Shown: one piece after another, positions 1 through 11,595 of the stretch
Layout: the number at the start of each line of letters is the position of its first letter
How positions within the stretch are numbered: position 1 is the first letter of the stretch
From: Ramlibacter sp.
GTDB lineage: Bacteria; Pseudomonadota; Gammaproteobacteria; Burkholderiales; Burkholderiaceae_C
Length of the DNA: 64,000 bases
Assembly: GCA_046599015.1 (NCBI GenBank)
Contig: JBKJHN010000128.1
Span: forward strand, 126-64,125
Reading direction: 5' to 3'
Notes under the pieces: model-generated
Databases searched by the model: none
Seen by the model: the letters and a program-made list of their open reading frames with translations, nothing else
Told to the model about the DNA's origin: nothing
Position numbers and translations under genes: made by a program

Positions 1-454
1 GCTGCCCGGCAAAGGAAGCGTCCGGCAAATCTTCCGCTGTCGCGGAAGAGCGCACCGCGAAACTTGCCTGGGCACTGCCGGTGGACAAGACGGCGAACGC
101 CTGGCGGATGGCGCTTTCCAGATCGGCCGGAAAGGGCTGGGCCTCGATCCAGCCGCGGATTTCAGCACCGGCCACGGCCAGCGCACGCACGTCCTCGATG
201 TCCAGAGAACTCAAGCGTGTACTGATTCGCCGGGCCAGTCCGGCGTACGCAAGAAATTGCCGGAACGCATGTGCGGTGGTCGCGAAACCTGTGGGCACAC
301 GCACGCCCTGCGGCAGCTGTGAGATCATTTCGCCGAGGCTGGCATTCTTGCCGCCGACAACGGCGACGTCGCTCATTCTCAGCTGTTCAAACGGTACGAC
401 CAGCAGATTGGCTAGAGGATGCCCCAAGGCGGGCGAGCCAGAAAGTGCAGACAT
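1..454 (-). CDS. ppsA: Phosphoenolpyruvate synthase, N-terminal part (runs off the window)
   Basis: Minus-strand translation from ATG 454 gives ...[15 protein letters not shown]...[11 protein letters not shown]...[20 protein letters not shown], the PEP synthase N-terminal motifs; divergent from ppsR. Confidence 0.95.
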   Translation of the reverse strand, partial: MSALSGSPALGHPLANLLVVPFEQLRMSDVAVVGGKNASLGEMISQLPQGVRVPTGFATTAHAFRQFLAYAGLARRISTRLSSLDIEDVRALAVAGAEIRGWIEAQPFPADLESAIRQAFAVLSTGSAQASFAVRSSATAEDLPDASFAGQ

Positions 455-639
455 GGGGAAACTCCATAAGTTGAAACCGGGTCTGCGCTCCAGCGGAGCA
501 GGGCGGCACGACGACGACGCGAACGGCTTTGGTCTTGTTGGAATGGGCCGGAACGTGTCATGCGCGCTGGAATCGGATAATTGACTCATTGTAGGCATGG
601 CATCCCTTTTCGCGGTTCGAATTACTCGAAAGCACTACA

Positions 640-1470
640 TTGACTTCCACGCACACGCGCACTGTTTTCTACATCTCCGACGGCACGGGCATCACCGCCG
701 AGACGTTCGGCAATGCCATCCTCGCCCAGTTCGAGTTCAAGCCCAGGCATGTGCGGCTGCCTTTCATCGACAGCGTGGACAAGGCTCATCAGGTGGTGCG
801 TCAGGTCAACCATACCGCCGAGGTCGAGGGTCGCAAGCCGCTCGTGTTCACCACGCTGGTCAACTTCGAGATCCTGCGAGTCATCGAGGAAGGCTGCAAG
901 GGCATGTTGCTGGACATGTTCGGCACATTCGTGCGGCCCCTGGAGATCGAACTCGGCATCACGTCCAATCACCGCATCGGGCGCTTTTCCGACGTCAGCA
1001 AGAGCAAGGAGTATCACGACCGCATCGAAGCGATCAATTTCAGCCTGGCGCATGACGACGGCCAATCCAACCGGGATCTTGAACAGGCCGATGTCATCCT
1101 GGTGGGCGTGAGCCGCAGCGGAAAGACGCCCACATCCTTGTACCTCGCGATGCAATACGGTCTGAAAGCCGCCAACTATCCTCTCATCCCGGAAGATTTC
1201 GAGCGCCAGCAGCTGCCGAGCGCGATCGTGCCGCACCGCAAGAAGATCTTCGGTCTCACGATACAGCCCGAGCGCCTGGCCGAGATCCGTAACGAGCGCC
1301 GGCCCGACTCACGGTACGCGTCGCTGGAGAACTGCCGCATGGAAGTCGGGGAAGCCGAGGCCATGATGCGCCGCGCTGGCATCCGCTGGCTCAGCACGAC
1401 CACCAAGTCGATCGAAGAGATCGCGACCACCATCCTGCAGGAGATCCGGCCCGAGCGGCTGGAGTACTGA
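640..1470 (+). CDS. ppsR: PEP synthase regulatory protein (kinase/pyrophosphorylase, DUF299)
   Basis: ISDGTGITAE, HDDG and GVSRSGKTPTSLYLA motifs; adjacent to ppsA; TTG start uncertain. Confidence 0.93.
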   Translation: MTSTHTRTVFYISDGTGITAETFGNAILAQFEFKPRHVRLPFIDSVDKAHQVVRQVNHTAEVEGRKPLVFTTLVNFEILRVIEEGCKGMLLDMFGTFVRPLEIELGITSNHRIGRFSDVSKSKEYHDRIEAINFSLAHDDGQSNRDLEQADVILVGVSRSGKTPTSLYLAMQYGLKAANYPLIPEDFERQQLPSAIVPHRKKIFGLTIQPERLAEIRNERRPDSRYASLENCRMEVGEAEAMMRRAGIRWLSTTTKSIEEIATTILQEIRPERLEY

Positions 1471-1530
1471 GCGGCACGTTGCCTCCTACACTAGGCGTTT
1501 TCCCCTCCTAGACCGCTTCTCTCCTACGCC

Positions 1531-2229
1531 GTGCTGCAGCTCAACCGCAACCTGTTCATTGGTGGCAGTGTCGTGCTGTTCCACCTGGCGGCGATTTGGG
1601 CGCTGCACAGCGGACTGATGCGCAGAACGATGGAAGTGGTGGTGCCTGCGGCAATTCTGAGCGAGATGGTGAGCCCTCCGCCTCCGAAGGCGGAGCCCGC
1701 GCCTCCTGCCCCCGAACCGCGGCCGCCCGAGATCCGAAGGCAGCCGCCGGCAAAGCAAGTGCAAAAAGTCCAGCCGCCTACTTTCAGGCCCGCCACGCTG
1801 CCAGTGGCCATCATCCTGCAGCAGAGTCCGACGCCGAACGCGCCCACCGGAGTTTTGGCGGCTCAGCCGGCCCCCCCTGCCCTGGCTGCGCCCGTCGCGG
1901 CCGAACCTGCGCCGTCCGCGCCGGCACCGCCCGCGGCCCGCTTCGAAGCGCCGACAATGGATGCCGACTATGCTCCTAATGAAGATGTGTTCCGCCCGCC
2001 GGCGATTTCGGTTCGGCTGGGCGAATACGGCACCGTGCTGCTGCGCGTGACTGTCGGTATCAATGGCCAAGCCACCGCGGTGGAGGTGGTTAAATCAAGC
2101 GGCTACCCGCGGCTTGACAATGCGGCTGTGCAGGGTGCCCGCCGGCTGAAATTCAGGCCCGCGACACGAGGCGGGGTTGCCGTCGAGGCCAGCTATCAAC
2201 TTCCAGTGAAATACTCGGAACCCAGATGA
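1531..2229 (+). CDS. tonB: Energy transducer TonB
   Basis: N-terminal TM helix with S..LFH motif, Pro-rich linker, C-terminal GTVLLRVTV...SSGYPRLDNAA TonB_C domain; start uncertain. Confidence 0.9.
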   Translation: MLQLNRNLFIGGSVVLFHLAAIWALHSGLMRRTMEVVVPAAILSEMVSPPPPKAEPAPPAPEPRPPEIRRQPPAKQVQKVQPPTFRPATLPVAIILQQSPTPNAPTGVLAAQPAPPALAAPVAAEPAPSAPAPPAARFEAPTMDADYAPNEDVFRPPAISVRLGEYGTVLLRVTVGINGQATAVEVVKSSGYPRLDNAAVQGARRLKFRPATRGGVAVEASYQLPVKYSEPR

Positions 2230-2939
2230 ACACGGAATTCGGACTGGTCAACCTTTGGACACAGGGAGATTTCATCACCAAGGCGGTGGCGGTGCTGCTG
2301 CTGCTCATGTCGCTCGCGACGTGGATGGTGCTGATCATCAAGGCACTGGACCTGCGCAAGTTCGCCGCGCAGGCGCGTTCCATCGAAAGCTTCTGGCATG
2401 CCGCGGACTTCGCGGACGGCTTGCACAAGCTGGGTGCCGACCCATCCAATCCGTTCCGCGCGCTGGCGCTGGAAGGGCGCGAAGCCACGGCGCACCACCA
2501 CGCACAGTCGAGGTTGCATGACTCCCTGGACGTAAGCGATTGGTTGACGCGCGCGCTGCGCAACTCGATAGACGAATCCACTGCGAGGCTGCAGTCCGAC
2601 CTGGCCATCCTGGCTTCCGTCGGTTCAACGGCGCCTTTCATTGGCCTGTTCGGTACCGTGTGGGGCATTTATCACGCGCTGATGTCCATCAGCGCCGCCG
2701 GGCAAGCCACCATCGACAAGGTCGCCGGCCCGATCGGCGAGGCGTTGATCATGACCGCGCTGGGTCTGGCGGTGGCCATTCCCGCCGTCCTCAGCTACAA
2801 CGCCCTGGTCCGTGGCAACAAGTCGGTGCTGAACAAGCTGAACCGTTTTTCGCATGACCTGCATGCTTACTTCCTCACGGGTGCCCGGGTGTCCAGCAAT
2901 GGGGACCCCAAGGTGGTAGCCATGAAAAACAGGAACTGA
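2226..2939 (+). CDS. exbB: MotA/TolQ/ExbB proton channel protein
   Basis: LASVGSTAPFIGLFGTVWGI and GEALIMTALGLAVAIPA motifs; ATGA overlap with tonB. Confidence 0.93.
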   Translation: MNTEFGLVNLWTQGDFITKAVAVLLLLMSLATWMVLIIKALDLRKFAAQARSIESFWHAADFADGLHKLGADPSNPFRALALEGREATAHHHAQSRLHDSLDVSDWLTRALRNSIDESTARLQSDLAILASVGSTAPFIGLFGTVWGIYHALMSISAAGQATIDKVAGPIGEALIMTALGLAVAIPAVLSYNALVRGNKSVLNKLNRFSHDLHAYFLTGARVSSNGDPKVVAMKNRN

Positions 2940-2941
2940 CC

Positions 2942-3355
<414 letters not shown>

Positions 3356-3359
3356 AGCC

Positions 3360-3767
3360 TTAGAAGCCGAGCGCCGCAATACCGGCGCGCGCAATCTGCG
3401 CATCCTCGGTGGATTTCACGCCACTGACCCCGACCGCGCCCAGGCATTGACCATCCTTCAGAATCGGCACGCCGCCTTCGAGCAAACCCTTCAGGCCCGG
3501 CACACTCAGGAATGACACACGACCCCCGTTGATCATTTCTTCGTAAACCTTGCTTTCGCGGCGTCCCATGGCAGCCGTGTTGGCTTTGGCGGGCGCGATC
3601 TGGGCGGAAATCGGCGCCGCCCCGTCCAGGCGCTGGAGCCAGAGCAGATGGCCGCCGTCGTCCACAATCGCGATACTGACGGCCCAGTTGTGTCTCAAGG
3701 CTTCGGCTTCGGCTGCCGCAGCCACGGCTTTGATGTCGGCCAGGTCAAGCGCGAGTTTGGTTTGCAT
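3360..3767 (-). CDS. GlcG/HbpS family heme-binding protein
   Basis: VSIAIVDDGGHL, AKANTA and GGVPI...GAVGVSG motifs; start taken at MQTKL. Confidence 0.88.
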   Translation of the reverse strand: MQTKLALDLADIKAVAAAAEAEALRHNWAVSIAIVDDGGHLLWLQRLDGAAPISAQIAPAKANTAAMGRRESKVYEEMINGGRVSFLSVPGLKGLLEGGVPILKDGQCLGAVGVSGVKSTEDAQIARAGIAALGF

Positions 3768-3901
3768 CGGAGTTCGCATTGTGGGAAAAGCTGTAAGCAT
3801 AACGGTGCCGGACAGGCCGCCGGCGGGCTTTTAGGACGGGAACCTTGAACCAACTTAGAATGCGCCCATCTAACCGCGGTAACGCAAAAGGAGAGTTGGA
3901 T

Positions 3902-4588
3902 ATGAACGAACGAGTCACGACCGCCAATGGCTACGCGCTCCCCGCCGAGCAGCGCAACCGGGTGCTGCGCAACACGTATTGGCTGTTGGCCCTCAGCATG
4001 CTGCCCACGGTGCTGGGCGCCTGGGTGGGCGTCGCCACCGGCATCACCCGCGGTTTGGGTGGCGGCCTCGGTCTGATCGTGTTCCTCGCGGGCGCCTTCG
4101 GATTCATTTTCGCCATCGAGAAGACCAAGAATTCAGCCGCCGGCGTTCCGGTGTTGCTGGCTTTCACCTTCTTCATGGGGCTGATGCTGTCCCGGATCAT
4201 CGCGATGGTGCTGGGTTTCAGCAACGGCACTAGCCTGGTGATGACAGCGTTCGGCGGTACGGCTGGTGTGTTCTTCGTGATGGCGAGCCTGTCGACCGTG
4301 ATCAAGCGTGACCTGTCGGGGATGGGTAAATTCCTTTTCGTCGGCGCGTTGGCCATCATGATCGGCGCGATCATCAACGTGTTCGTCGGATCGACGGTGG
4401 GCATGATGGTGATCAGCGTGATGGCGATCGGCATTTTCAGCGCCTACATGCTTTATGACCTGAAGCGGGTGATCGACGGCGGTGAGACCAACTACATCAG
4501 CGCGACGCTGGCCTTGTACCTGGACGTCTTCAACGTGTTCCAGAGCTTGCTGGTCCTGCTCGGGATCGCGGGCGGCGAACGCGACTGA
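3902..4588 (+). CDS. yccA: Bax inhibitor-1/YccA family membrane protein
   Basis: RNRVLRNTYWLL, seven hydrophobic segments, GGETNYISATLALYLD; GGAG RBS before ATG 3902. Confidence 0.92.
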   Translation: MNERVTTANGYALPAEQRNRVLRNTYWLLALSMLPTVLGAWVGVATGITRGLGGGLGLIVFLAGAFGFIFAIEKTKNSAAGVPVLLAFTFFMGLMLSRIIAMVLGFSNGTSLVMTAFGGTAGVFFVMASLSTVIKRDLSGMGKFLFVGALAIMIGAIINVFVGSTVGMMVISVMAIGIFSAYMLYDLKRVIDGGETNYISATLALYLDVFNVFQSLLVLLGIAGGERD

Positions 4589-4611
4589 CTGCGAGCTTCG
4601 CGACACACACA

Positions 4612-4638
4612 AACAAGGGGGCCATCGGCCCCCTTGTT
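4612..4638. terminator. Hairpin, probable bidirectional terminator between yccA and rlmD
   Basis: AACAAGGGGGCC-ATC-GGCCCCCTTGTT perfect inverted repeat between convergent genes. Confidence 0.75.
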
Positions 4639-6050
4639 CATTGCCGGAGATCGAACACCGCGAGCGATTCGACATGCGCGGTGTGCGCAAACATGTTCAC
4701 CACGCCCGCCGCCGTGCAGTTGTAGCCCGCCTGATGCACCAGTAGCCCGGCATCGCGCGCCAGCGTGGCCGGGTTGCAGCTGACGTACACGATGCGCGCA
4801 GGCGGCAGCCAGGCCGCGCGAAGCTCCGGCTGCTGATGCAGGTCAGCCAGTGCCTTCACCAGGGCAAAGGCACCTTCGCGCGGGGGGTCCACCAGCCAAC
4901 GCTGGGCCGGACCGTCGCCCATCAACTGGGCCGCCGTCGTCTCGAACAGGTTGCGAACTGCGAAAGTCACTGGCGCCAGCGGCCGCCCGGCCGACCGTGA
5001 GAGCCGGTTGCGCTGGTAGTTCTCACGAGAGCGCGCCACCAGCGCTTCGCTGCCTTCAATGCCCAACACCTCGCGTGCACAGGTCGCGATGGGCAGCGTG
5101 AAGTTGCCCAGTCCGCAAAACCAGTCAATGACACGATCCTGCGGCTGCGCATCCAGCAGTCGCAGCGCACGGCCCACCAGCACCCGATTGATCTGCGGAT
5201 TGACCTGGGTGAAGTCGGTGGGCTTGAAAGGCATGGTGATGCCGAACTCGGGCAGCGTATACGACAGCTCCCGTGCGGGCGCGCTTCCTTCCAGCAGCCC
5301 AATGGTGTCCGGCCCCTTGGGCTGCAGCCACCACTGCACGCCGGGATGGGCGGCCGCGAAATCGCGCAGTCTCCCCAAGTCTGCATCGCTGAGCGGCTCG
5401 AGGTGCCGCAGCACCAGTGCCGTGACCTCGTCGCCACAGGCCAGCTCGATCTGCGGACAGGTTTCAATCGCGTCCATCGAGCCGATGAGTTCGCGCAGCG
5501 GCAGCAGCAACGCACTGACATATGTGGGCACAACGTGGCACTCCCGCATATCCGCCACGTAGCGGCTCTTGCGCTCGTGAAATCCCACCAGCACGGCGCC
5601 TTTCTTGTGCACATGACGCACTGAGAGTCGAGCTCGCCACCGGTAACCCCACGCCGGGCCTTCGATGGGCCGCATCACGTTGGCGGCCTTGACTTTGCCA
5701 AGGTGCCACAGGTTGTCCTCGAGCACACGCTGCTTCATGGCGACTTGCCCGCCCACGTGCAGATGCTGCATCTTGCAGCCGCCGCAGGCGCCCTCGTGCA
5801 ATCCGAAATGCGGACAACGTGGCCGCACGCGTTGCGACGATTCCCGGTGAATTTCCGTGACGGTCGCCTGCTCCCAGTTGTTCTTGCGCCGGTTCACCTT
5901 GACGGAAACAAGCTCGAACGGCAGCGCCCCCTCGACGAACACGACCTTGCCGTCTGGCCGGCGTGCGACGCCCTGGGCGTCGATGTCGAGCGCGTCGACC
6001 TCCAGCCAGCCTTCGGGCTGGACGGTCTTCTTGTCAATCTCTGCTGTCAT
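4638..6050 (-). CDS. rlmD: 23S rRNA (uracil-1939-C5)-methyltransferase
   Basis: TRAM domain, CPHF...CGGC Fe-S motif, [38 protein letters not shown]. Confidence 0.95.
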   Translation of the reverse strand: MTAEIDKKTVQPEGWLEVDALDIDAQGVARRPDGKVVFVEGALPFELVSVKVNRRKNNWEQATVTEIHRESSQRVRPRCPHFGLHEGACGGCKMQHLHVGGQVAMKQRVLEDNLWHLGKVKAANVMRPIEGPAWGYRWRARLSVRHVHKKGAVLVGFHERKSRYVADMRECHVVPTYVSALLLPLRELIGSMDAIETCPQIELACGDEVTALVLRHLEPLSDADLGRLRDFAAAHPGVQWWLQPKGPDTIGLLEGSAPARELSYTLPEFGITMPFKPTDFTQVNPQINRVLVGRALRLLDAQPQDRVIDWFCGLGNFTLPIATCAREVLGIEGSEALVARSRENYQRNRLSRSAGRPLAPVTFAVRNLFETTAAQLMGDGPAQRWLVDPPREGAFALVKALADLHQQPELRAAWLPPARIVYVSCNPATLARDAGLLVHQAGYNCTAAGVVNMFAHTAHVESLAVFDLRQ

Positions 6051-6061
6051 GCCGCGATTGT

Positions 6062-6859
6062 CTAGCCCCAGGCGGCGAGGTATTCCTGCCAGTGAGGCTC
6101 GAGCGGCGCCAGGTTCGCGAGCGTCGCTTTCACCATCGCGATCTCCTGGTCATACTCTGCCTCGGTGAGTCCGCCGCGCATCTTCTGGAAACGGCAGTAC
6201 AGCAGATAGGTGTTCATCACATCGGTTTCGCAGTACCGCCGTATGTCCTCGATCTTGCCCTCGAGGAATGCCGGATACACCTGCGAGCCATCCATGCCGA
6301 GTTTTCCGGGAAAGCCGCAAAGCTTGGCCATCGCGTCCAGTGGCGCATTGTTCTTCGGCTGGTACATCGCCAGCAGATCCATGAGGTCGAGGTGCCGCAT
6401 GTGATACCTGCTGATGTAGTTATTGAATTTGAACTCTCGCGAATCCGATCCGCCCTCTTCGCCCATGCACCAGTACCTGTCCGCCACCACGCCGTGCCGC
6501 AGCCCGCGATAGTGCAGCACCGGCAAATCGAAGCCGCCGCCGTTCCAGCTCACCAGCTGCGGCACGTGCTTCTCCAAAGCATTGAAAAAAGTCTGGATGA
6601 CCTTGCCTTCGCTGGCGTTGTCGCGGTCGACGAAGGAGTGCACGCGCAGCCCTTCGGCGTTGCGGAAAACGCAGCTGATGACAAGCACGCGCTGCAAGTG
6701 CAGCGGCATGAAATCGCCCTGCCCCCTGTCCTTGCGCTCCTGGCACCAGCCCTCATACACCTGCCAGTCCGAGAGGTCGGGCGCACTCGCGCGCAACAGC
6801 CGCAGCCCGGCCACGTCGGGCACCGATTCGATGTCGAAAACAAGAACAGGCCAGCTCAT
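6062..6859 (-). CDS. 3'-5' exonuclease (PolB-like DEDDy family)
   Basis: [24 protein letters not shown] and YCETDV motifs; usual position between rpoS and rlmD. Confidence 0.9.
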   Translation of the reverse strand: MSWPVLVFDIESVPDVAGLRLLRASAPDLSDWQVYEGWCQERKDRGQGDFMPLHLQRVLVISCVFRNAEGLRVHSFVDRDNASEGKVIQTFFNALEKHVPQLVSWNGGGFDLPVLHYRGLRHGVVADRYWCMGEEGGSDSREFKFNNYISRYHMRHLDLMDLLAMYQPKNNAPLDAMAKLCGFPGKLGMDGSQVYPAFLEGKIEDIRRYCETDVMNTYLLYCRFQKMRGGLTEAEYDQEIAMVKATLANLAPLEPHWQEYLAAWG

Positions 6860-6880
6860 GCGGGCAACTGTAGCAGGCGG

Positions 6881-7897
6881 CTAGAACAGTGCTTCCTTGC
6901 CGATCCCGTCGCGCGCCATGTGCCGCTTGAGCTTGAGCAGGGCTTCGTTCTGGATCTGGCGCACGCGTTCACGGGTCAGGCCCAGTCGGCCGCTCAGCAC
7001 CTCGAGTGTCTCGGGGTCGCGGTCATGCAAGCCGAAGCGGCCCTCGAGCACCTCTTTTTCGCGGTTGGAGAGCGCCTCGATCCAGTTGCTCAACAACCGC
7101 TCGACCTCGTGATTCTGCGTGATGCCCGTCGGGTCGATGGCCAATTCGTCGGCCATGGAATCCCCCAGCGTGTGCTCGTCGTCGGAGCGGTCCATGGTGG
7201 CGTCCAGGGACTTGGGCGCCTCCGCCATCGCCAGCAGTTCGGCGACGTCCTGCACGTCACGCCCCAACAGCGCGGCAACATCCTCGACTCGCACGCCTTC
7301 GCCCTCGAAGCCATTGCGCACAGCGGCAAAGGCCGGGTCGTTCTCGAGCGTGCGACGCGCTCTCAGCACTTGTTGCAGCTCACGCACCACGTGCACCGGC
7401 AGGCGGATCATCCTGCCCTGGTTCATCACCGCGCGTTCCACCGACTGACGGATCCACCACGTCGCGTACGTCGAAAAACGGAAGCCGCGCTCCGGCTCGA
7501 ACTTGTCGATCGCATGCATGAGGCCCAGGTTGCCTTCTTCGATGAGGTCCGACAGCGGCACGCCGCGGCCAAGATAGCCTTTGGCGATGCTCACGACAAG
7601 CCGCAGGTTGTGCTCGATCATCGCTTGCCGCGCGGCGAAATCACCGGCGCGCGCGCGGCTGGCGGCATCGAATTCTTCCTGCGCGGTAAAGAGTTCGGTG
7701 CGCCGCACCTCGCGCAGGTAGATCGTCAAGATATCGCTCGACTCGCCCGCAATGTCGGCGAGAATCTCACGGGGCTTGGGTTCTTCAGCGGTTGAGCCCG
7801 CGGCCGGGTTCTTGCCCGGACCGCCGGTCAGCGCCTTGCGCGCGCTGTCAGTCGCAGCCGGAATCGCAGCCTTGCCCGCTCCGTTGCGCTTTTTCAT
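6881..7897 (-). CDS. rpoS: RNA polymerase sigma factor RpoS
   Basis: [51 protein letters not shown]; directly downstream of nlpD. Confidence 0.93.
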   Translation of the reverse strand: MKKRNGAGKAAIPAATDSARKALTGGPGKNPAAGSTAEEPKPREILADIAGESSDILTIYLREVRRTELFTAQEEFDAASRARAGDFAARQAMIEHNLRLVVSIAKGYLGRGVPLSDLIEEGNLGLMHAIDKFEPERGFRFSTYATWWIRQSVERAVMNQGRMIRLPVHVVRELQQVLRARRTLENDPAFAAVRNGFEGEGVRVEDVAALLGRDVQDVAELLAMAEAPKSLDATMDRSDDEHTLGDSMADELAIDPTGITQNHEVERLLSNWIEALSNREKEVLEGRFGLHDRDPETLEVLSGRLGLTRERVRQIQNEALLKLKRHMARDGIGKEALF

Positions 7898-7898
7898 G

Positions 7899-8765
7899 TT
7901 ACCTCGCAGGCAGATACCTGGCTGGGTCCACCGGCTTGCCTTGTCGACGGATTTCGAAGTGCAGCTTGACACGATCGGCATCGCTGCTGCCCATCTCGGC
8001 GATCTTCTGTCCCTTGCGCACGGTTTGATCTTCCTTCACCATCAGAGCCTGATTGTGCGCATACGCCGAAAGAAAGGTGTTGTTGTGCTTAAGAATGATC
8101 AAATTGCCGTAACCGCGCAGTCCAGCCCCCGCATACACCACACGGCCATCGGCAGCGGCGAGCACCGGATCACCCGGCTTGCCGGCGATGTCCAGGCCTT
8201 TGTTGCGCTGCTCGTCGAATCCGGCCAGAACCGTCGCGGCTCCGCTGGTAGGCCAGGCCCACGGAACATCGTCCTCGCCAGCGGGCGCAGGCGGCTGGTT
8301 CACCGGAGGCAGGCTTGCGATCACCGGAGGTGGAGTGACTCGCGGCGCACTGGCGGTTGCCGCTGGCGCGGCGCTCACGACCGATGCGGGCGCAACCACC
8401 CGCGCGCCCGCCAGTTCCGAGCCGAATGGCGGTATCACTCGAAAGACCTGCCCCACTTCGATCAGGTTCGGGTTCTCGATGTTGTTCCAGCGTGCGATGT
8501 CGCGCCAGTTCTGTCCGCTGTCCAGAGAAATGCGAATCAGCGTATCGCCCGCACGCACCGTGTAGTAACCGGGCCTGCCCGCGTTCTCCACGCCGGGCGG
8601 CGGCTTGGCAGGCTCCGCGACAACCGCGGGCGGTGGGGCCTGTGCCCCTGGACTGCGGTCCTCAACGGGAGCCGGGGTGCGCGATCTCGAAGCACATCCG
8701 GCGACCAAGCCCGCTGCCAGCAGCCCCACTGCCCACATCAACCGCTGACCGCGTAACTCGAGCAT
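7899..8765 (-). CDS. nlpD: LysM/M23 lipoprotein NlpD
   Basis: Lipobox VAGC, LysM (YTVRAGDTL), M23-like domain ([26 protein letters not shown]). Confidence 0.92.
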   Translation of the reverse strand: MLELRGQRLMWAVGLLAAGLVAGCASRSRTPAPVEDRSPGAQAPPPAVVAEPAKPPPGVENAGRPGYYTVRAGDTLIRISLDSGQNWRDIARWNNIENPNLIEVGQVFRVIPPFGSELAGARVVAPASVVSAAPAATASAPRVTPPPVIASLPPVNQPPAPAGEDDVPWAWPTSGAATVLAGFDEQRNKGLDIAGKPGDPVLAAADGRVVYAGAGLRGYGNLIILKHNNTFLSAYAHNQALMVKEDQTVRKGQKIAEMGSSDADRVKLHFEIRRQGKPVDPARYLPAR

Positions 8766-8778
8766 CTGGTAATTTCCT

Positions 8779-9537
8779 TCAGGCGACGCCTGATTTTAGG
8801 GGGACAAAGTGAACAGCCTCAAGCACGATTTGTTTCATTTCGCGCGGCGTTCTCTCGATCACCATCAGAGCCTGAGCGCCCGCTGATGTGAACATGGGAG
8901 CGACAATGCGCGCGCCCATGCCCAGTTGATCTATCCACGCTTGCGGCACCGATTCACCGCCTGCAGCTGCGATGATTCCCGCATACGGCGCGCCCTTGTC
9001 GTACCCCGCCATACCGTCGCCGAACAACAGGTGCACATTGGCGAGCCGAAAGGCGCGCAGATTCTGGCGAGCCTTTTCATGCAGCCCGCGCAGACGCTCG
9101 ATGCTGTAGACCTCGCAAGCGACTCTGCTCAAGACCGCCGCCTGGTACCCGCAGCCCGTTCCGATCTCGAGTACCCGGCCGAGCCTGCCTGAGGGCTCCC
9201 TGGCGCCCCCCAGCAGGAGCTCGATCATGCGCGCAACCACATTGGGTTTGGAAATCGTCTGGCCCAGCCCGATCGGCAAGCTGGTCTCTTCGTAGGCCTG
9301 ATTCACCAGCGCGCTGTCGACGAAGCGATGCCGTTCCACCGCCCGCATGGCGGACAACACTTGCGGATCGGCGATACCCTGCGCGACGAGCCGGTCAATC
9401 ATTCGCACGCGCACGGCGTGCGAATCCAGCCCGATACCCCCCGTGGGAACCGGCGCCGGCGCCACGCGTCTGCGGCTCGCATCCGCACTCGCGGGCCCAA
9501 GCTCGATACGTGCGGGAAAGCCAGGCCGGCGCGACAT
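8779..9537 (-). CDS. pcm: Protein-L-isoaspartate O-methyltransferase
   Basis: LPIGLGQTIS, VLEIGTGCGYQAAVL and FVPL motifs; TGATG coupling to surE. Confidence 0.94.
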   Translation of the reverse strand: MSRRPGFPARIELGPASADASRRRVAPAPVPTGGIGLDSHAVRVRMIDRLVAQGIADPQVLSAMRAVERHRFVDSALVNQAYEETSLPIGLGQTISKPNVVARMIELLLGGAREPSGRLGRVLEIGTGCGYQAAVLSRVACEVYSIERLRGLHEKARQNLRAFRLANVHLLFGDGMAGYDKGAPYAGIIAAAGGESVPQAWIDQLGMGARIVAPMFTSAGAQALMVIERTPREMKQIVLEAVHFVPLKSGVA

Positions 9538-10313
9538 CAGCGTGCGGCCGGGCCTGCCGCCGTCAGCGCGTTGGCAGCTTGCGCCCAATGCGCCAGCCCG
9601 TCATGGTCCGTGAGGTCCACCTTCAGCGGCGTGATCGAGACATAGCCTTGCGAAGTCGCGTGGAAGTCCGTTCCTTCAGCATCGTCCTTGGCCGCGCCGG
9701 CGCCGCCGATCCAGTACATGGGCTCACCATGCGGACTGGTTTGTGAGATGACTTTCTCCGCCGCGTGACGCCGCCCCAGCCGACAGACCTTGAATGCCTT
9801 GAGCTGTTCGTGAGGCAGGTTCGGTATGTTCACGTTCAGAAGCCATGGCTGCTCGCCGGAAAGCCGGCTTTCGATCACGTGCTGCACCAGTTCACGCGCC
9901 TTGCGCGCCGCTGCGTCGAGATGACCCCAGCCTTTCTGCGTTTGCGAAAAGGCGATGGCCGGGACACCAAACAGGTAGCCCTCCATCGCCGCCCCTACGG
10001 TGCCCGAGTAGATGGTGTCGTCGCCCATGTTGGCGCCGTTGTTGATGCCGCTCACCACGAGATCCGGGCGATAGCCGAGCAGCCCTGTCAGGGCGACATG
10101 CACGCAGTCCGCCGGCGTGCCATTGACATACCGGAAACCGCTGCCCGATTCATGCACAAACAATGGCGAATGCAAAGTGAGCGCATTGGACTTGGCGCTG
10201 TTGTTGTGCTGCGGCGCGACCACCTCGACCTCACCCAGATCCTTGATCGCCTCGTAAAGCGCAACGATCCCCGGCGCCTGGTAGCCGTCGTCATTTGAAA
10301 GCAATATCTTCAT
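9537..10313 (-). CDS. surE: 5'/3'-nucleotidase SurE
   Basis: [17 protein letters not shown] and [25 protein letters not shown] motifs. Confidence 0.96.
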   Translation of the reverse strand: MKILLSNDDGYQAPGIVALYEAIKDLGEVEVVAPQHNNSAKSNALTLHSPLFVHESGSGFRYVNGTPADCVHVALTGLLGYRPDLVVSGINNGANMGDDTIYSGTVGAAMEGYLFGVPAIAFSQTQKGWGHLDAAARKARELVQHVIESRLSGEQPWLLNVNIPNLPHEQLKAFKVCRLGRRHAAEKVISQTSPHGEPMYWIGGAGAAKDDAEGTDFHATSQGYVSITPLKVDLTDHDGLAHWAQAANALTAAGPAAR

Positions 10314-10425
10314 TGGGAAACAGGAATGCAGGATTGTAGAGGTGGAAGGCCCACGATCCAGGGACATTCACCCGGTTTTAGTACCGCCTATCATTGCAGC
10401 AAGCTCTCACGGAAAAAACATCACC

Positions 10426-11400
10426 ATGCATGCCTGGCTTTGCGAGAACCCTGTTGGCGTGGATTCGCTGCAGTGGAAGGAGTTGCCCACACCCGTACCC
10501 AAGGCGGGCGAGGTCCTGATCGAGATCAAGGCAGCCAGCTTGAATTTCCCCGATCTGCTGATCGTCCAGAACAAATACCAGGCCAAACCGCCATTGCCAT
10601 TCGTGCCGGGTTCGGAATACGCCGGTGTGATCGCCGCAGTCGGTGAAGGAGTCACGCACTTGCACACAGGGCAGAGCGTGGCATGTCTTTCCGGAACCGG
10701 CGGATTTGCCACGCACACCATCGCCCCCGCTGCACTCTGCATGCCGTTGCCGCCTGGCTTCCCCTATGTCGACGCCGCCGCCTTCATCATGACCTATGGC
10801 ACTTCCCATCATGCGCTGGTCGACCGCGCCCAGTTGAAGGCAGGCGAGACGGTGCTGGTGCTGGGCGCCGCCGGCGGCGTCGGCACTTCCGCCATCCAGA
10901 TCGCCAAGGCGGTCGGCGCGCGCGTGATTGCGGCAGCGTCGAGCGACGATAAACGCGCGCTGTGCAAATCCATCGGCGCCGACGTCACCATCAACTACAG
11001 CAGGGAAAATCTGCGGGACGCCATCAAGGCGGCAACCGGCGGCAACGGGCCTGACGTCATCTACGACCCGGTGGGTGGCGACTTGGCTGAGCCTGCGTTT
11101 CGCTCCATCGCCTGGCGTGGCCGCTACCTTGTCATAGGCTTCGCATCGGGCCAAATCCCGAACCTGCCATTGAACCTGCCGCTGCTCAAGGGCGCCTCGT
11201 TGGTGGGTGTGTTCTGGGGCAGTTTCTCCACGCACGAGCCGCAGGCCAATGCCCGCATGCTGGGGGAACTCGCGCGCTGGTATGGCGAAGGCAAGATCAA
11301 GCCCGTGATCGACCGCACCATGCCCATGGCCGAGCTCAAGGCCGCGTATGCGCATATGGGCTCGCGCGGCGTCAAAGGTAAACTGGTCATGATCAACTAG
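10426..11400 (+). CDS. NADPH:quinone oxidoreductase family protein (MDR/zeta-crystallin)
   Basis: LNFPDLL, PFVPGSEYAG, LGAAGGVG and YDPVGG motifs. Confidence 0.9.
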   Translation: MHAWLCENPVGVDSLQWKELPTPVPKAGEVLIEIKAASLNFPDLLIVQNKYQAKPPLPFVPGSEYAGVIAAVGEGVTHLHTGQSVACLSGTGGFATHTIAPAALCMPLPPGFPYVDAAAFIMTYGTSHHALVDRAQLKAGETVLVLGAAGGVGTSAIQIAKAVGARVIAAASSDDKRALCKSIGADVTINYSRENLRDAIKAATGGNGPDVIYDPVGGDLAEPAFRSIAWRGRYLVIGFASGQIPNLPLNLPLLKGASLVGVFWGSFSTHEPQANARMLGELARWYGEGKIKPVIDRTMPMAELKAAYAHMGSRGVKGKLVMIN

Positions 11401-11426
11401 GCGAGCGCCTCGCCAGTGAGGGCCGC

Positions 11427-11432
11427 TATAAT
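11427..11432 (+). promoter_or_regulatory. Candidate -10 box of tRNA-His promoter
   Basis: TATAAT 12 nt upstream of the tRNA 5' end. Confidence 0.55.
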
Positions 11433-11444
11433 CGATGCCTCAAC

Positions 11445-11521
11445 GGTGGCTGTAGCTCAGTTGGTAGAGTCCAGGATTGTGATTCCTGTTGTCGTGGGTT
11501 CGAGCCCCATCAGCCACCCCA
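11445..11521 (+). tRNA. tRNA-His (GTG), with encoded G-1 and CCA
   Basis: GGTGGCTGTAGCTCAGTTGGTAGAG...anticodon GTG 11479-11481...GGTTCGAGCCCCATCAGCCACCCCA; folds as a cloverleaf. Confidence 0.97.
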
Positions 11522-11527
11522 CCTTCC

Positions 11528-11555
11528 AAAAGTCCTTGTAGTTCAAGGACTTTTT
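11528..11555 (+). terminator. Hairpin/terminator after tRNA-His (islet-derived)
   Basis: AAAAGTCCTTG-TAGTT-CAAGGACTTTT followed by a T-rich tract. Confidence 0.65.
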
Positions 11556-11572
11556 CGTTTTCAGGTTCTCGC

Positions 11573-11594
11573 GGTGTCACGAATAGGTGTCACG
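11573..11594 (+). repeat. Tandem GGTGTCACG repeats (candidate integrase arm sites, tRNA-proximal end)
   Basis: GGTGTCACG at 11573 and 11586, 13-bp period. Confidence 0.6.
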
Positions 11595-11595
11595 C

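Noticed and set aside
81-584. 167-aa plus-strand ORF at the window start
   Set aside because: It is the antisense shadow of ppsA, which the ORF track missed because ppsA runs off the window
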